Of a stretch of DNA of 64,000 nucleotides, positions 1 through 12,705 are shown piece after piece. The notes under the pieces are model-generated. The model searched no databases. It was not told the origin of the DNA and was given only the letters and a program-made list of their open reading frames with translations. Origin of the DNA: Batkoa obscura (Eukaryota). The stretch is from positions 124,001 to 188,000 of the forward strand of contig JASVEC010000022.1 of assembly GCA_030770535.1 (NCBI GenBank), written 5' to 3'. Both the position numbers and the translations under genes were made by a program. Within the stretch, counting starts at the first letter, position 1; each line of letters begins with the position of its first letter.

Positions 1-637
1 GGCTTTTTAAAAAAAAACAGAAGATGAGTTAATGGTCTTATTTAAAGAAAAGCTAGAATCGCATCAAGCTTAATCCCATATTAAGGGAAGACATTAAATT
101 GACAAAATTAGGATTAAATGGAACTTTAACTCAGATTAAGGAAAGCTATAAACTAAGAAAAAAATAGCCTTAATTTAAGCCATTTTGTTCAATTTATAGT
201 TTTCAAATTTAGATGTACTAATAAACGTTTTGATTTTTTGGTTGATCCTAAAAGTATATTATAAAATATTTTGTTTATATAAAGATATACTTATGATATG
301 ACAAAGTTCAACAATTTAATTACAGTCTATTTTATTAATCCCATAAAAGTAGTGATTTTTCATATCACGTATTGTTAAATATATATTACCATTTACTCAC
401 TTAAATAAACACATATTTGAAGAACAATCATCACATTATTTACTACATTGAAGCCTAAACGAGTTTTATAATTAATATCATTAAATCATATTTTAATTTT
501 AGTCATTTGCTATATAAAAGAAAGAAATTATCTGGATCATCAATAAGTGTTCAATCTACTAAAGTATATATACTATTAAAAAATTGAGAAAATCAAAATC
601 AAAATCAAAATTGTAATTTTATTTTTATATCCAACTA

Positions 638-1720
638 ATGACTATCGAACCGAGTTTATCTAATAATCAAAGAGAGTTTATTTTGAAGAAAGCGACAACG
701 AAACAGCGAATACAAATCTGGAAGAATTGCTATCAAACATGGGGCTATGGGATGAATCAAAAGGACTATTTAAAATTAGAAAAAAAGATAAGTAATTCCT
801 CATATAGTATAAAAAATTTAGAATATTATGTGTTACAAACAGTACAATACAATAACGAGATGAATTTTTTAACACAATTAGAAACAATAAAACGACAAAC
901 TTATTATAATCACCCTATTCATGGATTTAAAGTCATTGATTTATTATATATTGCTTCAATTATAACTCCAGAACATTTAAGAGGTTTAGGTTACGCTAGT
1001 AAAGTGTTTGAATTATTATTACCTCAATTAACAAAAATGGGCTGTTTTGGTAGTATATTATACTCGGATATTGGTAATTTTTATGAACGATATGGATACA
1101 AATTATATTCTCCTTATCAGTTAGAAATAGCATGTAATGATAATAATAAATTAATAATATTAAATAAGAATATTCATTTTTTAAACCAAACTCAAATAAT
1201 TAAATTATGTGAATGGGATAGTTTAAAGTTAGCTACGAATATTAAAAATATGAATAAATCTCAATTACCTGAAGCTGGATTATTTGCTATTGTACCAAGT
1301 ATTGATAATTATATCGGTCATTGGGAGACTTGTAAATTGCAAGCAAAGAATAAAAAGCTGCCATTACCCCAATATTATGCTGCTATGCATCAGTCCACCA
1401 CGTCTACGGATAACATTCAATTTCTAGTATGGACATATGATTTTTTTTTAAATCAACTAATCATCTTAAGACATCGTTTAACTGATGATCGTGCCTCTGA
1501 TCTTTTATATCATGCTTTATATATAGCTAATCAATTTAATATGAATAAACTGGTTGCTTGGAACCTCCCACTTGAGTTGATTAGAAATAGTTCATTAATA
1601 AATGAAGCTGTTTGGATTAAAAGAAATGAGATTTCCCTGCCTTACGCTATATTTCCGGATTTAAATCAAAAAGATCATCAGCCACATTGGTGTGAAGTTC
1701 AAAGGTATACTTGGTTTTAA
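638..1720 (+). CDS. GNAT-family N-acetyltransferase (LYC1-like lysine acetyltransferase architecture)
   Basis: Intronless 360-aa ORF. Contains the acetyl-CoA binding motif A (IASIITPEHLRGLGYAS) and LYSDIG-NFYERYGY, typical of fungal LYC1-like GNATs. Confidence 0.75.
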   Translation: MTIEPSLSNNQREFILKKATTKQRIQIWKNCYQTWGYGMNQKDYLKLEKKISNSSYSIKNLEYYVLQTVQYNNEMNFLTQLETIKRQTYYNHPIHGFKVIDLLYIASIITPEHLRGLGYASKVFELLLPQLTKMGCFGSILYSDIGNFYERYGYKLYSPYQLEIACNDNNKLIILNKNIHFLNQTQIIKLCEWDSLKLATNIKNMNKSQLPEAGLFAIVPSIDNYIGHWETCKLQAKNKKLPLPQYYAAMHQSTTSTDNIQFLVWTYDFFLNQLIILRHRLTDDRASDLLYHALYIANQFNMNKLVAWNLPLELIRNSSLINEAVWIKRNEISLPYAIFPDLNQKDHQPHWCEVQRYTWF

Positions 1721-1850
1721 TATTTATGTGTTTTTTTCAAGTTTTTAGATATTAAACAACAAACTAATAAATGTAATAAAGGTTAAATAAAATATATATG
1801 ATTAAGTTAATAAGTTAATATAATTTTAATATATAAAATAAATATAAGAT

Positions 1851-3491
1851 TTAAAAACCGTGCATTAAATCTAAAGTAGAGATATCGTTATTATCAAAAG
1901 TAAAGCCTAAGTTTTTAGCTAATTCCTGATTTAAATAATTTTCATTATCAAATAAATTTAAATTCCAGTTTTGAAATTGATGATTATCATTATCATTGAT
2001 TTGAGCTAATTCAGGTGTAAATGAGGAACCTTCAGTTTCAGAACCAGAGTTATTATTATTATGGCCATTGTTACTTTGAACATTAATATTCTGTCCATTA
2101 CTTTGTGTATTGTTATTTAAATTAGTAATGATTTCTCCTTTACTATTTAAATGTTCAGGATGATGTAAAGCTAAATGTTGAGCTAATTGATCTTTACGAT
2201 TAAAGGTCCTTGGACATTTTTCATGTGGACATGGATTTGGATGTTCATGAGTTTTATGATGTCTTCTTAATTGATCGCTTCTTTTGAAGGCCCTGCCGCA
2301 GTATTCTACTTGACAAACATGGGGTCTTTCATTTGGATCAATAATCGTATTCATTTTATTTAACTTTGGTGGCATTGGGTATGGGCTTAAATCTTTCATC
2401 ATATTATGACGAAGCATACTTGGTTTGTTTCCCATAGTTAAAAAGGGTTCGGGATTAAAGCCCATAAAAGGATGTTGGGTTATTGGACTATCAAAAGGTA
2501 AGTTGGTAAATGAATTACGATTTAAATCCATACTTGGAGACATCATATCAATTGTATTTAATTCATCGGATAGAGAAGGTGATTGAAATAAATTATTACA
2601 AAATAATTGTTGTGGTGAATAATTCATAAAAGAACGAGTTAATAATGGATTATCAAAGGGTAACATATATGACTGTGGTGGAGTAAACGGATTCATTTCC
2701 CATGGATAAGACATAAATGCTAAACCACTTTGTTCTATTAATTGACGTTGTTGTTGTAATATATTGTTATTATTTCCTGGATTTAAGGAGGCATTATCAT
2801 AAATTAAATGTTGATCAACTCTCTTTGGTATACCTGAATGAGCTAACGGATGTCTCTTACTTTTAGCATTACCATTGTTATTGGCACTATCTAAATTTTC
2901 CATATCTTCTTCTTCCTCTTCTTCTTCATTAATATTACTGTTAGTATTAACATCTTCGGTAGTAGGTTCAGTACCCATACTTTCTCTTTTTAAATCTCTT
3001 TCTAAAGCATCAATAAATAATCTATCGTGAGGGACAGAATACCAAAAGAACACTTTTTGTTTCTTTTGAGTTCTAATACAATTACTTCTATATAACATTT
3101 CTAAAAATTCACTTCTAGGTTCTTCTAAAATAGCATCAATACCAGGTTTTAAATTTCTTAAATCACTAAAGATTCCTTCTTCAAATTTTTTAAAATTTTT
3201 TACTGGTCTTCCATAACATTCAAAACGATAAACTAAACTACGTACAATATCGGTACCTGTCATAAAAAATAGTGAATTCCATAAGATACAACTGATAGCT
3301 TCACCGTTATTCAATGGAAATCTTAAAATTGGATTTTCAATATCCCATTTACTTGGTGCATTTAAAAAGAAATCTTTTAAATTTTCAACTTTAGTCATAT
3401 TATCTTCTTTATTAATATTTTCTTCGACTTGTTCTTCTTTGACTGTGTGTGCTTCTTCATTTTCATTGTATAAGTTTAAAAAGTAGTTCAT
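1851..3491 (-). CDS. STE12: STE12-like transcription factor (STE domain plus two C2H2 zinc fingers, SteA type)
   Basis: STE domain (FFMTGTDIVRSL, KKFEEGIFSDLRNLKPG, CIRTQKKQKVFFWYSVPHDRLF) followed by C2H2 fingers CQVEYC..H..H and CPHEKC..H..H. Confidence 0.92.
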   Translation of the reverse strand: MNYFLNLYNENEEAHTVKEEQVEENINKEDNMTKVENLKDFFLNAPSKWDIENPILRFPLNNGEAISCILWNSLFFMTGTDIVRSLVYRFECYGRPVKNFKKFEEGIFSDLRNLKPGIDAILEEPRSEFLEMLYRSNCIRTQKKQKVFFWYSVPHDRLFIDALERDLKRESMGTEPTTEDVNTNSNINEEEEEEEDMENLDSANNNGNAKSKRHPLAHSGIPKRVDQHLIYDNASLNPGNNNNILQQQRQLIEQSGLAFMSYPWEMNPFTPPQSYMLPFDNPLLTRSFMNYSPQQLFCNNLFQSPSLSDELNTIDMMSPSMDLNRNSFTNLPFDSPITQHPFMGFNPEPFLTMGNKPSMLRHNMMKDLSPYPMPPKLNKMNTIIDPNERPHVCQVEYCGRAFKRSDQLRRHHKTHEHPNPCPHEKCPRTFNRKDQLAQHLALHHPEHLNSKGEIITNLNNNTQSNGQNINVQSNNGHNNNNSGSETEGSSFTPELAQINDNDNHQFQNWNLNLFDNENYLNQELAKNLGFTFDNNDISTLDLMHGF

Positions 3492-6242
3492 GATGCCGTT
3501 GATGTTATGTATTTAAATATGAGATGCTAAAATGTGATGGGTGATTGAGATTAAATATGTATATAAATAAAAAATTAAGGAGATCTATATAAAATAAGAG
3601 ATATAATTTTAAAAATAATTTAAACAAAAGAAATAGACTGAAGGGGATTTATATACTTTTCAAATTTAAATAACAGTAAAATCCAACTTTATTATTTTAG
3701 GAATTATCACTATTGTGTAGGAAATATATCCATATTAAAAATGAAACTAAGAAACTATTAAATTTTATTTCTGTTTTAGTTATAGGAGAATTTTGAAATA
3801 ATTCATTTAAGTCTATTTTTTATTTTTTATTACGTTTGATATCTTTTTTCCTATTCTCTCTCTACTTTTTAGCTAATTAAAAATTTTCCTAAAGACGTTG
3901 AGCTTCTCTTTCCCACTCTTTGAGCTCCAAAATCTATTTAAAACTTTTCATTTACTCAATTGACCTTGAGCCCAATCACTTCCATGAAATCTTTTCAGAT
4001 GCCAATTTTTTTAAGAGAGCAATTAGCTGATTTAGATCTCCACCAATCATGTAAACCATTCAAGGAATATTTTATTCGTATTGGAGAAAAGGAGAATTTT
4101 GAAATTTCAAGTTATTTTCCGATAGAATAATAATAGCAATAAGAGTATATGAATTTTTATTTTGGGTAGTAAGCTAATCAAAAAAGTAATAATTATATCA
4201 TTTAATAAGTTGAATAATGGAATTATTTTTTGTATTAGTAATAGTTTGAATATTAAGATTTCATAAAATCAAAATTATTTGTTACCTATGGGTACCAATT
4301 GTGATACATGGAGCCCATCTATTCGTTTCTATTTAAATAATAATATGTTAAATAGATAATATTAAACTAATATCATTATGTAATATCTAAAACTTAAATT
4401 AGTAAAATTTAAAAATAAAATGATAACGATTCAATGTCTTATGCACGTATTTTCTGAAAAAAATGATAACGATGTATTAAAATTAAGCTTTGCTTAGTAA
4501 ATTAATAAATCAGTTGAAATCAAAATTTTGCAACCATTTTATAACAGGAAAAATGTGGAGTTTAAAATAGCTATAATTTTTTAAAGTTCAGAATATTTCA
4601 TGTTATATAAATTCTAGTGATTATTAGTATGTGATTGTAGAAGTGGAAAAAGAATATTGTATAGAAAAGAAACTTTAGGAGTTTATATATTATTTGATTT
4701 AAAGTTTTTAAGTAGTAATGATTGAATAAAAAAATCCAAAAATTGTCTGAGAAAATAATTTGCTAATTTGATAAGCCTAAAATCAGTAATGGAAACTTTT
4801 CAAATATTTCAAAGGTTCCATATTAAACAGTTGTAGAATTTTATTTTTAATATAACGCAATTATCCTCTCTAGTAAATTACCGTTATATTTTGGGCATCC
4901 TTTTTTTCTCATCATTGAATTTTTCATTCCAGATCTTTCCTCTTTCAGTGTTTTTTTTAAATCTCCTCCTCTCTCTACCTTCTTTTTTTCATCCTTCCTT
5001 TTTGGAATATTTTCTTTATTTTTTATTTGTATTGAAATTTTTAAATTAGCTATTTATTGTCAATTCAAACTACTCTTTATTGTATCATATAATAAATTTT
5101 ACAATAATTATGAGAATATTATTTAATTTATATTATGTTATAAAAATTGTAACTATTAAGTAATTGGAGATTTTAATAAAACTAAAAAGCCATTAAATTT
5201 AATACATATCATTTTATTACATATCGTTTATTAAATTGTTGTAATTTAACTTTAGTTTTATGGCTGAATTGGATCATCTATAATGTTTCTTCATAATGTA
5301 ATACATTCTTTATTTTTGTGTCTTTATATTTTTAAATACGTTCGTATAATTCAACTCATTTATTGTGCGAGTTATAACACAATTTCAATCTTTATTTGTA
5401 TAAATTAATCTTTTCACAGCTTAATATTTTACTATTAAAAATACGATAAACATTCTAATAATTACAATATTAGCTAAAATTCTATTAACTTTTTATTATC
5501 TTCTATTTATTAAAGTCATTATTAAATTTTAAACTTATTAAAAAATAATCACGTTTGTTCAACAGCTAGAAAATTTTGACCATAAGTTGACTTAATATAA
5601 CTGATTTTTTGCTCACCAAAGGAACAATTACTATAATAAAAATTTAACATTGAACTGAAAAAAAGGCAAATCATTTTCATCAACCTACATTCAAGTCTAG
5701 CTAATTGTCTGCAACTTTACACTTACTATTTCTTACTTTCACTTTAGCTTTTCATAAACGTGAATAAATTGAACCTTTAGGATGGATATAATTTAATATG
5801 TATATAGAATAGTATTCTCAAAGAGATTCACTCGCGTTTGAGTTGAAGATTACAGATTCAAAATCCTTATAAATCGGCTAGAGACCCTTAATTGTGGTAT
5901 ATAGGACCTCAACACATTATATTTATTCCAAGAAGAATATTTGAGCAAACTGCACTAAAAAATCCAATAAATAAAATCAAAAGTAAAATGTTAAGATTAT
6001 ATAATGTAAATTAAAACGATTATAGTTAAACTATAATAACTTTTATCCCAAGTTTTTATACTTTGTTTACTTTACTTAAAGCTATTATTAAAATTTAATT
6101 CTCCAGTTCGTTCAAATATTCTCTTGAAATAAATGTGATGTGTTGAAAATACTATAAATAGAATTGAAATTCAGTGAACTTTAATGATAATTAATAAATC
6201 AATATTTTTTTATAAAGCCTTCGTTTTTATTTACTCGTTAAA

Positions 6243-7400
6243 TTAATTTATATTGTTATAAGCCAAATAGTTTTTTGTATTGTTTGAAAACCCTTTTACA
6301 TAATCTTTAGTTGCTATACTTTGAAGATGATTTTTCATTTGTTCAATAGTATAAGTACCTTTCGAATAAAAACAAGCAGCAAGTCCAGCCACATGAGGAG
6401 TAGCCATGGATGTACCTGACATTGTATATGTAGAACCATTATTCCAAGTGGATAAAATATCCACACCTGGTGCAATAATAGAAACACATTCCCCATGATT
6501 TGAAAAAGATGCTTTATTATCATTTTGATCCGATGCTGCTACTGTAAAGGCATTAGCTGAAGAACCTGGAGAATGCTTGCAAGAATCATCATTGTTATTT
6601 CCTGCAGCTATAACCGAAAAGATACCTGAACTAACTGCAGAGTCAATAGCATCATTACATGACTTTGAATATCCACCAGAAATCGACATACTAATAACAT
6701 TGGCATATTTTCCACTCTTATTTTTAACTACCCAATCAATACCAGCAATTATATTACTCCATGTCCCATCTCCATTTTTATCTAATACTTTGACAGCAAT
6801 CAAATTGGCTTTTTTACTTATCCCATAATTCACAGATCCTACCGTACCAGCACAATGTGTTCCATGGCCTTGTTCATCATTATCTGGACTACCGCTTACA
6901 AAATTGGCTCCCCATTTGGCTCTTCCTTCAAACTCAGGATGATTAATATAAATACCAGAATCAATGACATATACATTGACACCGTTTCCATCACCATCAT
7001 AATTATATTTTGATTTATCAACAAATTGACGTTGGGATGTTCTAGCCAATCCCCAAGGAGCATTAGTTTGAGTTGATTGTATACTTACTCTACCATCCGC
7101 TTCAATATAATCCACATCCTCAAAGTTTCTTACTTTTTGTAAAATACTATCACTAAATTTAGCATGGTAAGCTCCTCCGATCGAATAATATACTTTATTT
7201 ATACTATTGTTAAAACTCCTTTCAATAAACAATTGTTGTACTTTATTTAAATGGAGTTCTATGCTAGAACGTAATTCTTTTTTTAAATTTATAATATAGC
7301 TTCCAGGAATTGGATTTGTATTTGTGTATAATGGTGCTAATTCTGAATAATAAAGGTTTAAGTCAATTAATAAAATTAAGAATAATACAATAAACTTCAT
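6243..7400 (-). CDS. Secreted subtilisin (S8A, proteinase K-like) with signal peptide and I9 propeptide, pair 1 copy A
   Basis: Catalytic motifs VIDSG, HGTHCAG and SGTSMATPHVAG, oxyanion motif AAGN, hydrophobic N-terminus. Confidence 0.96.
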   Translation of the reverse strand: MKFIVLFLILLIDLNLYYSELAPLYTNTNPIPGSYIINLKKELRSSIELHLNKVQQLFIERSFNNSINKVYYSIGGAYHAKFSDSILQKVRNFEDVDYIEADGRVSIQSTQTNAPWGLARTSQRQFVDKSKYNYDGDGNGVNVYVIDSGIYINHPEFEGRAKWGANFVSGSPDNDEQGHGTHCAGTVGSVNYGISKKANLIAVKVLDKNGDGTWSNIIAGIDWVVKNKSGKYANVISMSISGGYSKSCNDAIDSAVSSGIFSVIAAGNNNDDSCKHSPGSSANAFTVAASDQNDNKASFSNHGECVSIIAPGVDILSTWNNGSTYTMSGTSMATPHVAGLAACFYSKGTYTIEQMKNHLQSIATKDYVKGFSNNTKNYLAYNNIN

Positions 7401-8059
7401 TGCTAAATGATAATAATAAATGGTATATAATAAATCTTTAATGAAAATTTAATTTGGTATTGTTTATTTTATTTATTTACTATTATTATTATTTAACCGC
7501 GCTAACCTTTTGTAATTACTGATTTCAATATAATAAACGTTTTTTTACTAAAAATCACCTTTGATATCAACTAATGAATATAATATTTATAATATGTATG
7601 GTATATGTCAAAACACAGAACTCAATGCTAGTTAAAGTTAGCTAATTTCAATTAAAATAGTCTATTAAATCAATATATTTACATCCAGCTAATTAATGTA
7701 CGTCTGAATAACAGCTATTACTTAAAGGTTAACCTTGTCTCTCCATCTTTTATAGTCTATTTAATCTCGATTTAAGATCGAATATTTCAATTTTGTTCTT
7801 TTTGTAGCATACAAGTTGAAGGAGTGATGCAATCAGATAGACAAGAAATGTACCTAAATTGTATAAAATCTTAAACATCTATATTATTTGAAATCCCAAG
7901 GCACAATTATTCTCCGGTTTTAAGTTCTAATAAAAATTAGAATTCAATTAGAAACACTATAATAAAGTTGCTGAATTAATTAATTTTATGATAATTATAT
8001 TAAAGTGTACTTTTTTGTTATTTAAGTTTATTTATTTGATTTGATAAAAATTCATAAAG

Positions 8060-8160
8060 TGGGGATGTGTTTTTTTGTTTAAGAATTTTACTAATAATTA
8101 TTCTACTCAGATAACACTTGAAAAGTGGAAAAAGTGATGAAATTAAAAAAAACACCCCCA
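8060..8160 (+). mobile_element. ~100-bp MITE, family 1 copy
   Basis: tggggatgtgttttttt...aaaaaaaacaccccca. Terminal inverted repeats and a core shared with the other copies. Confidence 0.8.
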
Positions 8161-9512
8161 AATAATGAAACAAATAGGGCCATTCTTACCGAGATTTTAC
8201 AGTTCAACCAATTTAAGCTAAAAAATTTGATTGCTTATTTTAATTAATATTTTGTTTTACCCACACAAAACATTCGAAATAATTTAGACAAAATTTTCGT
8301 CTGCTTGTATGCACTATATCACCTTTAAATATTCAAATCATCATAAAATTTATAACTTATTTTTTAATTAGTTGAACTTATTATTGATCCTAGTTAAACC
8401 ACGTATTATAAAAATTCTACCTAATATAGCAGCATTATATAATTAGGAAACTGCTTTTCGTTTCAGCGATATGGGTTATTTTTATTAAAGATCAAAACAG
8501 CAAGTTAAATAGGGCCTCTGTTTCTTTTACAGATAATATTACTTGTAAACTGAATGTCAAAATAAGACGTTATCATTTCACTTCTAAATAGACTATCGAT
8601 ACCTTTAAAAGCAATTAATGGAGTTTCATCAAGTTAAAATTGGTATCAAAAAATATTAAGGTGTCATTAAAGCCTAAAAGGGTTAAATTAGCTACTAAGG
8701 TATTTGATTATTGTAATAGAAAATATTGTTATTTTAAAAACTTAATTACTGTTTTGCATTTCATGTTTATAGTTGCCCAAGATTATATAATTTTTAAAAG
8801 TAATAGAGATTTTGGAAGCAATTATGCATTAAATTACCAATTTAAAAGTGATATTGATGGCACCTCACTTTTAAACTCAAGTTTGTTTTGACATTTATAT
8901 TATCAATATTAAAAGATAAACACAAAATAAAAATATATTTCTAGCTCGATATGTTGTTATTTTAGCCATAGAGAGCTTTAATATAATAATTAAGACAAGT
9001 GAACGGAATTCAGTATACCTTTCAAGTATTTGCCATATAGAAATATAGAAAAACATCAACTATAGATATTGTAAAAATTAAACTAGCAATGAAATCAACA
9101 CTATCCAATTCTAAATCGAATCAAAACGCCGCAAAAATTCAAAATTGATCTAAAAAATCGCATAATTCTAAATTAAGTAAATATTAGATCACTTGACTAT
9201 GAAGATATTATTGAAATTTATTTAATAAACCACTATAATAAATGTTAACATATATTTACAAATAACAAATAAAATCTTATGACATTTCTTATCAATATTC
9301 AATTGAACATTTGATTTCAAATAGTGGGTTGAATGGAAATGGTGGTTGAATTGCATTGAAAATTACAACGTAATAAAAGGTCAACAATATATATATTAAT
9401 ATTAAAAACTAATGATATTAAATAAAGGTAGGTAGATAGAAAATATAAATAGGAGTATATATCATTGAACGTATATTAAAAACCATTTATCTTTATTATT
9501 GTAATTTTAAAA

Positions 9513-10670
9513 ATGAAATTTTTTGCATTATCGTTAATTTTATTAATTAATTTTCAACTTTGCGTCTCAAAGCTAGCCCCTCTATACACAAATACAAATC
9601 CAATTCCTGGAAGCTATATTATAAATTTAAAAAAAGAATTACGTTCTAGCATAGAACTCCATTTAAATAAAGTACAACAATTGTTTATTGAAAGGAGTTT
9701 TAACAATAGTATAAATAAAGTATATTATTCGATCGGAGGAGCTTACCATGCTAAATTTAGTGATAGTATTTTACAAAAAGTAAGAAACTTTGAGGATGTG
9801 GATTATATTGAAGCGGATGGTAGAGTAAGTATACAATCAACTCAAACTAATGCTCCTTGGGGATTGGCTAGAACATCCCAACGTCAATTTGTTGATAAAT
9901 CAAAATATAATTATGATGGTGATGGAAACGGTGTCAATGTATATGTCATTGATTCTGGTATTTATATTAATCATCCTGAGTTTGAAGGAAGAGCCAAATG
10001 GGGAGCCAATTTTGTAAGCGGTAGTCCAGATAATGATGAACAAGGCCATGGAACACATTGTGCTGGTACGGTAGGATCTGTGAATTATGGGATAAGTAAA
10101 AAAGCCAATTTGATTGCTGTCAAAGTATTAGATAAAAATGGAGATGGGACATGGAGTAATATAATTGCTGGTATTGATTGGGTAGTTAAAAATAAGAGTG
10201 GAAAATATGCCAATGTTATTAGTATGTCGATTTCTGGTGGATATTCAAAGTCATGTAATGATGCTATTGACTCTGCAGTTAGTTCAGGTATCTTTTCGGT
10301 TATAGCTGCAGGAAATAACAATGATGATTCTTGCAAGCATTCTCCAGGTTCTTCAGCTAATGCCTTTACAGTAGCAGCATCGGATCAAAATGATAATAAA
10401 GCATCTTTTTCAAATCATGGGGAATGTGTTTCTATTATTGCACCAGGTGTGGATATTTTATCCACTTGGAATAATGGTTCTACATATACAATGTCAGGTA
10501 CATCCATGGCTACTCCTCATGTGGCTGGACTTGCTGCTTGTTTTTATTCGAAAGGTACTTATACTATTGAACAAATGAAAAATCATCTTCAAAGTATAGC
10601 AACTAAAGATTATGTAAAAGGGTTTTCAAACAATACAAAAAACTATTTGATTTATAATGATTTAGAATAA
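9513..10670 (+). CDS. Secreted subtilisin (S8A), pair 1 copy B; near-identical inverted duplicate of 6243..7400
   Basis: Same catalytic motifs. Protein is identical to copy A except the signal peptide region and last few residues. Confidence 0.96.
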   Translation: MKFFALSLILLINFQLCVSKLAPLYTNTNPIPGSYIINLKKELRSSIELHLNKVQQLFIERSFNNSINKVYYSIGGAYHAKFSDSILQKVRNFEDVDYIEADGRVSIQSTQTNAPWGLARTSQRQFVDKSKYNYDGDGNGVNVYVIDSGIYINHPEFEGRAKWGANFVSGSPDNDEQGHGTHCAGTVGSVNYGISKKANLIAVKVLDKNGDGTWSNIIAGIDWVVKNKSGKYANVISMSISGGYSKSCNDAIDSAVSSGIFSVIAAGNNNDDSCKHSPGSSANAFTVAASDQNDNKASFSNHGECVSIIAPGVDILSTWNNGSTYTMSGTSMATPHVAGLAACFYSKGTYTIEQMKNHLQSIATKDYVKGFSNNTKNYLIYNDLE

Positions 10671-10726
10671 ATTTGTAAAAAATAAATATATAAAAAATTT
10701 CAAACCATCTGATGATTTCTTAAGAA

Positions 10727-11567
10727 TTAGTTATATTTTTGTTGTATTACAATTTGAGCTTCATCACAATTATAAGTAGTTAGAGTAGTTAGAGTAGTTA
10801 GAGTAGTTAGAGTAGTTGGAGTAGTTGTATATAATTCATATTTTGATCCTTTATAATAAATACTTAAGTTAATCTCACTAAAAATAGTAGTATCACTTTT
10901 ACTTTTTGTACATGTTATTTTATACCCATTAGTTAAAGTAATTGCTTTTTTGATCTCATCAAAAGTATGCTCTTTACCACCAGCTAAGGCACCAAAACCA
11001 GTAATATCTGGAGCATGTTTGTCTTTCAAATTTATAATGCTAGTAAAATAATCTAAGATGTTTTTTTCTTTCTTTAGATATCCTGTGACTCCAAAACATA
11101 TTCAATTCCAATAAGGAGTATGACAAGTACCGTGGACTTCCATTCATAATTCCAAAAAATTTCAGGCTTCTTTGGATCTTTTGAATTTGGCCAATAGTCT
11201 GACATTTTTTTGTAATAGTACTTTTACTCACCAACAGTTTAACTTTATTATCACTATATATATTACCCTCGGAGCAATTTTTAATAATCCCATACTTATT
11301 TGGTTTGGTAGGATCTGGGCATATATGTGCCCATAAACCATGAATTGTAAAGTCTTCTAATTTTACAGTTAGTGACCATTTTAGTGCTAAAATAAATACT
11401 CCATATCTTGGTACACAACGATCATTTTCTTGCAAATCAATGCAACATGATTCTACAGTGCTTAATGCGCTGCAATCATTTATCATTGTAGCACCAGTAT
11501 AATCTACATCAGTAGTGGTAGCTCTTAAGCCTAAATGAGATACTGCTGTTGCGATTGGTAATTCCAT
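10727..11567 (-). pseudogene. Ribonuclease T2 family pseudogene
   Basis: CAS I motif FTIHGLW lies in ORF 11040..11660. After a frameshift near 11205-11211 it reads MSDYWPNSKDPKKPEIFWNYEWK; after a second shift near 11135 it reads HGTC (CAS II). An in-frame TGA near 11102-11104 follows, then the frame continues into ORF 10727..11029. Confidence 0.8.
10775..10827. repeat. 9-bp tandem repeat (AGTAGTTAG)n encoding TTL repeats in the RNase T2 C-terminus
   Basis: About 5-6 consecutive units visible. Confidence 0.9.
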
Positions 11568-11949
11568 TTTTAATAATTGTATTGAATTATATTGTTTATA
11601 TAAATTTGTTAAATTGTATGAAACATTATGAACTTTCTTAACTATTTCATACATTTTCATTGTTCCTATACTTTTGTTCCAAAGTTAAGCTTTAGTTATG
11701 TGTCACAGTAAATAGGTGCAACTTACAGCTTTAATAAATGTAATGATAGTAGTAATTTAGTGGTTACTTCTTAGCATGTTATAAATGTATTTAGTTATTA
11801 TACTTTTTACATTGGCCTTGTTTTTTACATTTGTAGATTTTATATAGACACATTTCATGTTAAGGTCGTTTTCAATTTATCAATATAATTTTTTATTTCT
11901 TCTGCTTTTTAATAGTTATATCTCATATAGGTATTAAAATTGTTTTTCA

Positions 11950-12046
11950 TGGGGACGTATTTTTTTGTTTAAGAATTTTACTAACAATTTTCCACTCAAA
12001 TAGCACTTAAGAAATGTAAAAAATGAAGCCAAAAAAAACACCCCTA
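11950..12046 (+). mobile_element. ~100-bp MITE, family 1 copy
   Basis: tggggacgtatttttttgtttaagaattttactaacaa...gaagccaaaaaaaacacccc. Confidence 0.8.
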
Positions 12047-12705
12047 CTATATATTAGGGAATTTTATAAAACCTTCATCAGATGAATAGCATTAATACAA
12101 TTAGATATCAACTTAAATAACCTTAAGTTGACTTCAAATGAATATTGATATAAATAGCTTTTAGTAAAAATAATTTATAATTTATAATTTATAATTCAAG
12201 ATCTTTGAATATAGGACCATATTGATAAACAACTATTAATATCTCCTAATCTTTGACTCATAACAACATAATTTATTCTCTATTTTAATTCATAGAGCTT
12301 TGATATATAAATACCTATATTAAATTTATTAACAGTAATTTTAATACATAATATCATTTTTTAATGTAATTCTTGTATTTCTATAATTAATTAAATAATA
12401 TAAAATACTAAATCTATATACCATCTGTTTTTTTTTACTTTTAAAAGAATTACATGAGCTAAGCATAGTTTTCCTTTGTAAAGATAATATAAAAATATGA
12501 TTAAAAGTGAAAATAAAATAATACTAAAAAATAAAGGATAAAAAATTAAATTAAAAAGGCTTTTACAAACAACGGAATAAAGTTGACACAATAACAAGGG
12601 CAAGTTTGCATCCTTCATTGTCGCCTTTTTTGAAAAACCAATATAACATTTTTTTAAAATAATCACATATTAATATAATTATAAATTTAATAATTAAACT
12701 ATATA

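Noticed and set aside
5810..5917. Two-hairpin segment ending in ACA, a possible H/ACA snoRNA
   Set aside because: No proper ANANNA H box between the hairpins and the stems are weak.
6335..6828. Short ORFs overlapping the subtilisins (also 10085-10578, 52031-52817, 55974-56563)
   Set aside because: Alternative-frame or antisense shadows that recur only because the host genes are duplicated.
12391..12666. 91-aa hydrophobic ORF between the inverted MITEs
   Set aside because: Non-ATG start, AT-driven composition and no recognisable motif.
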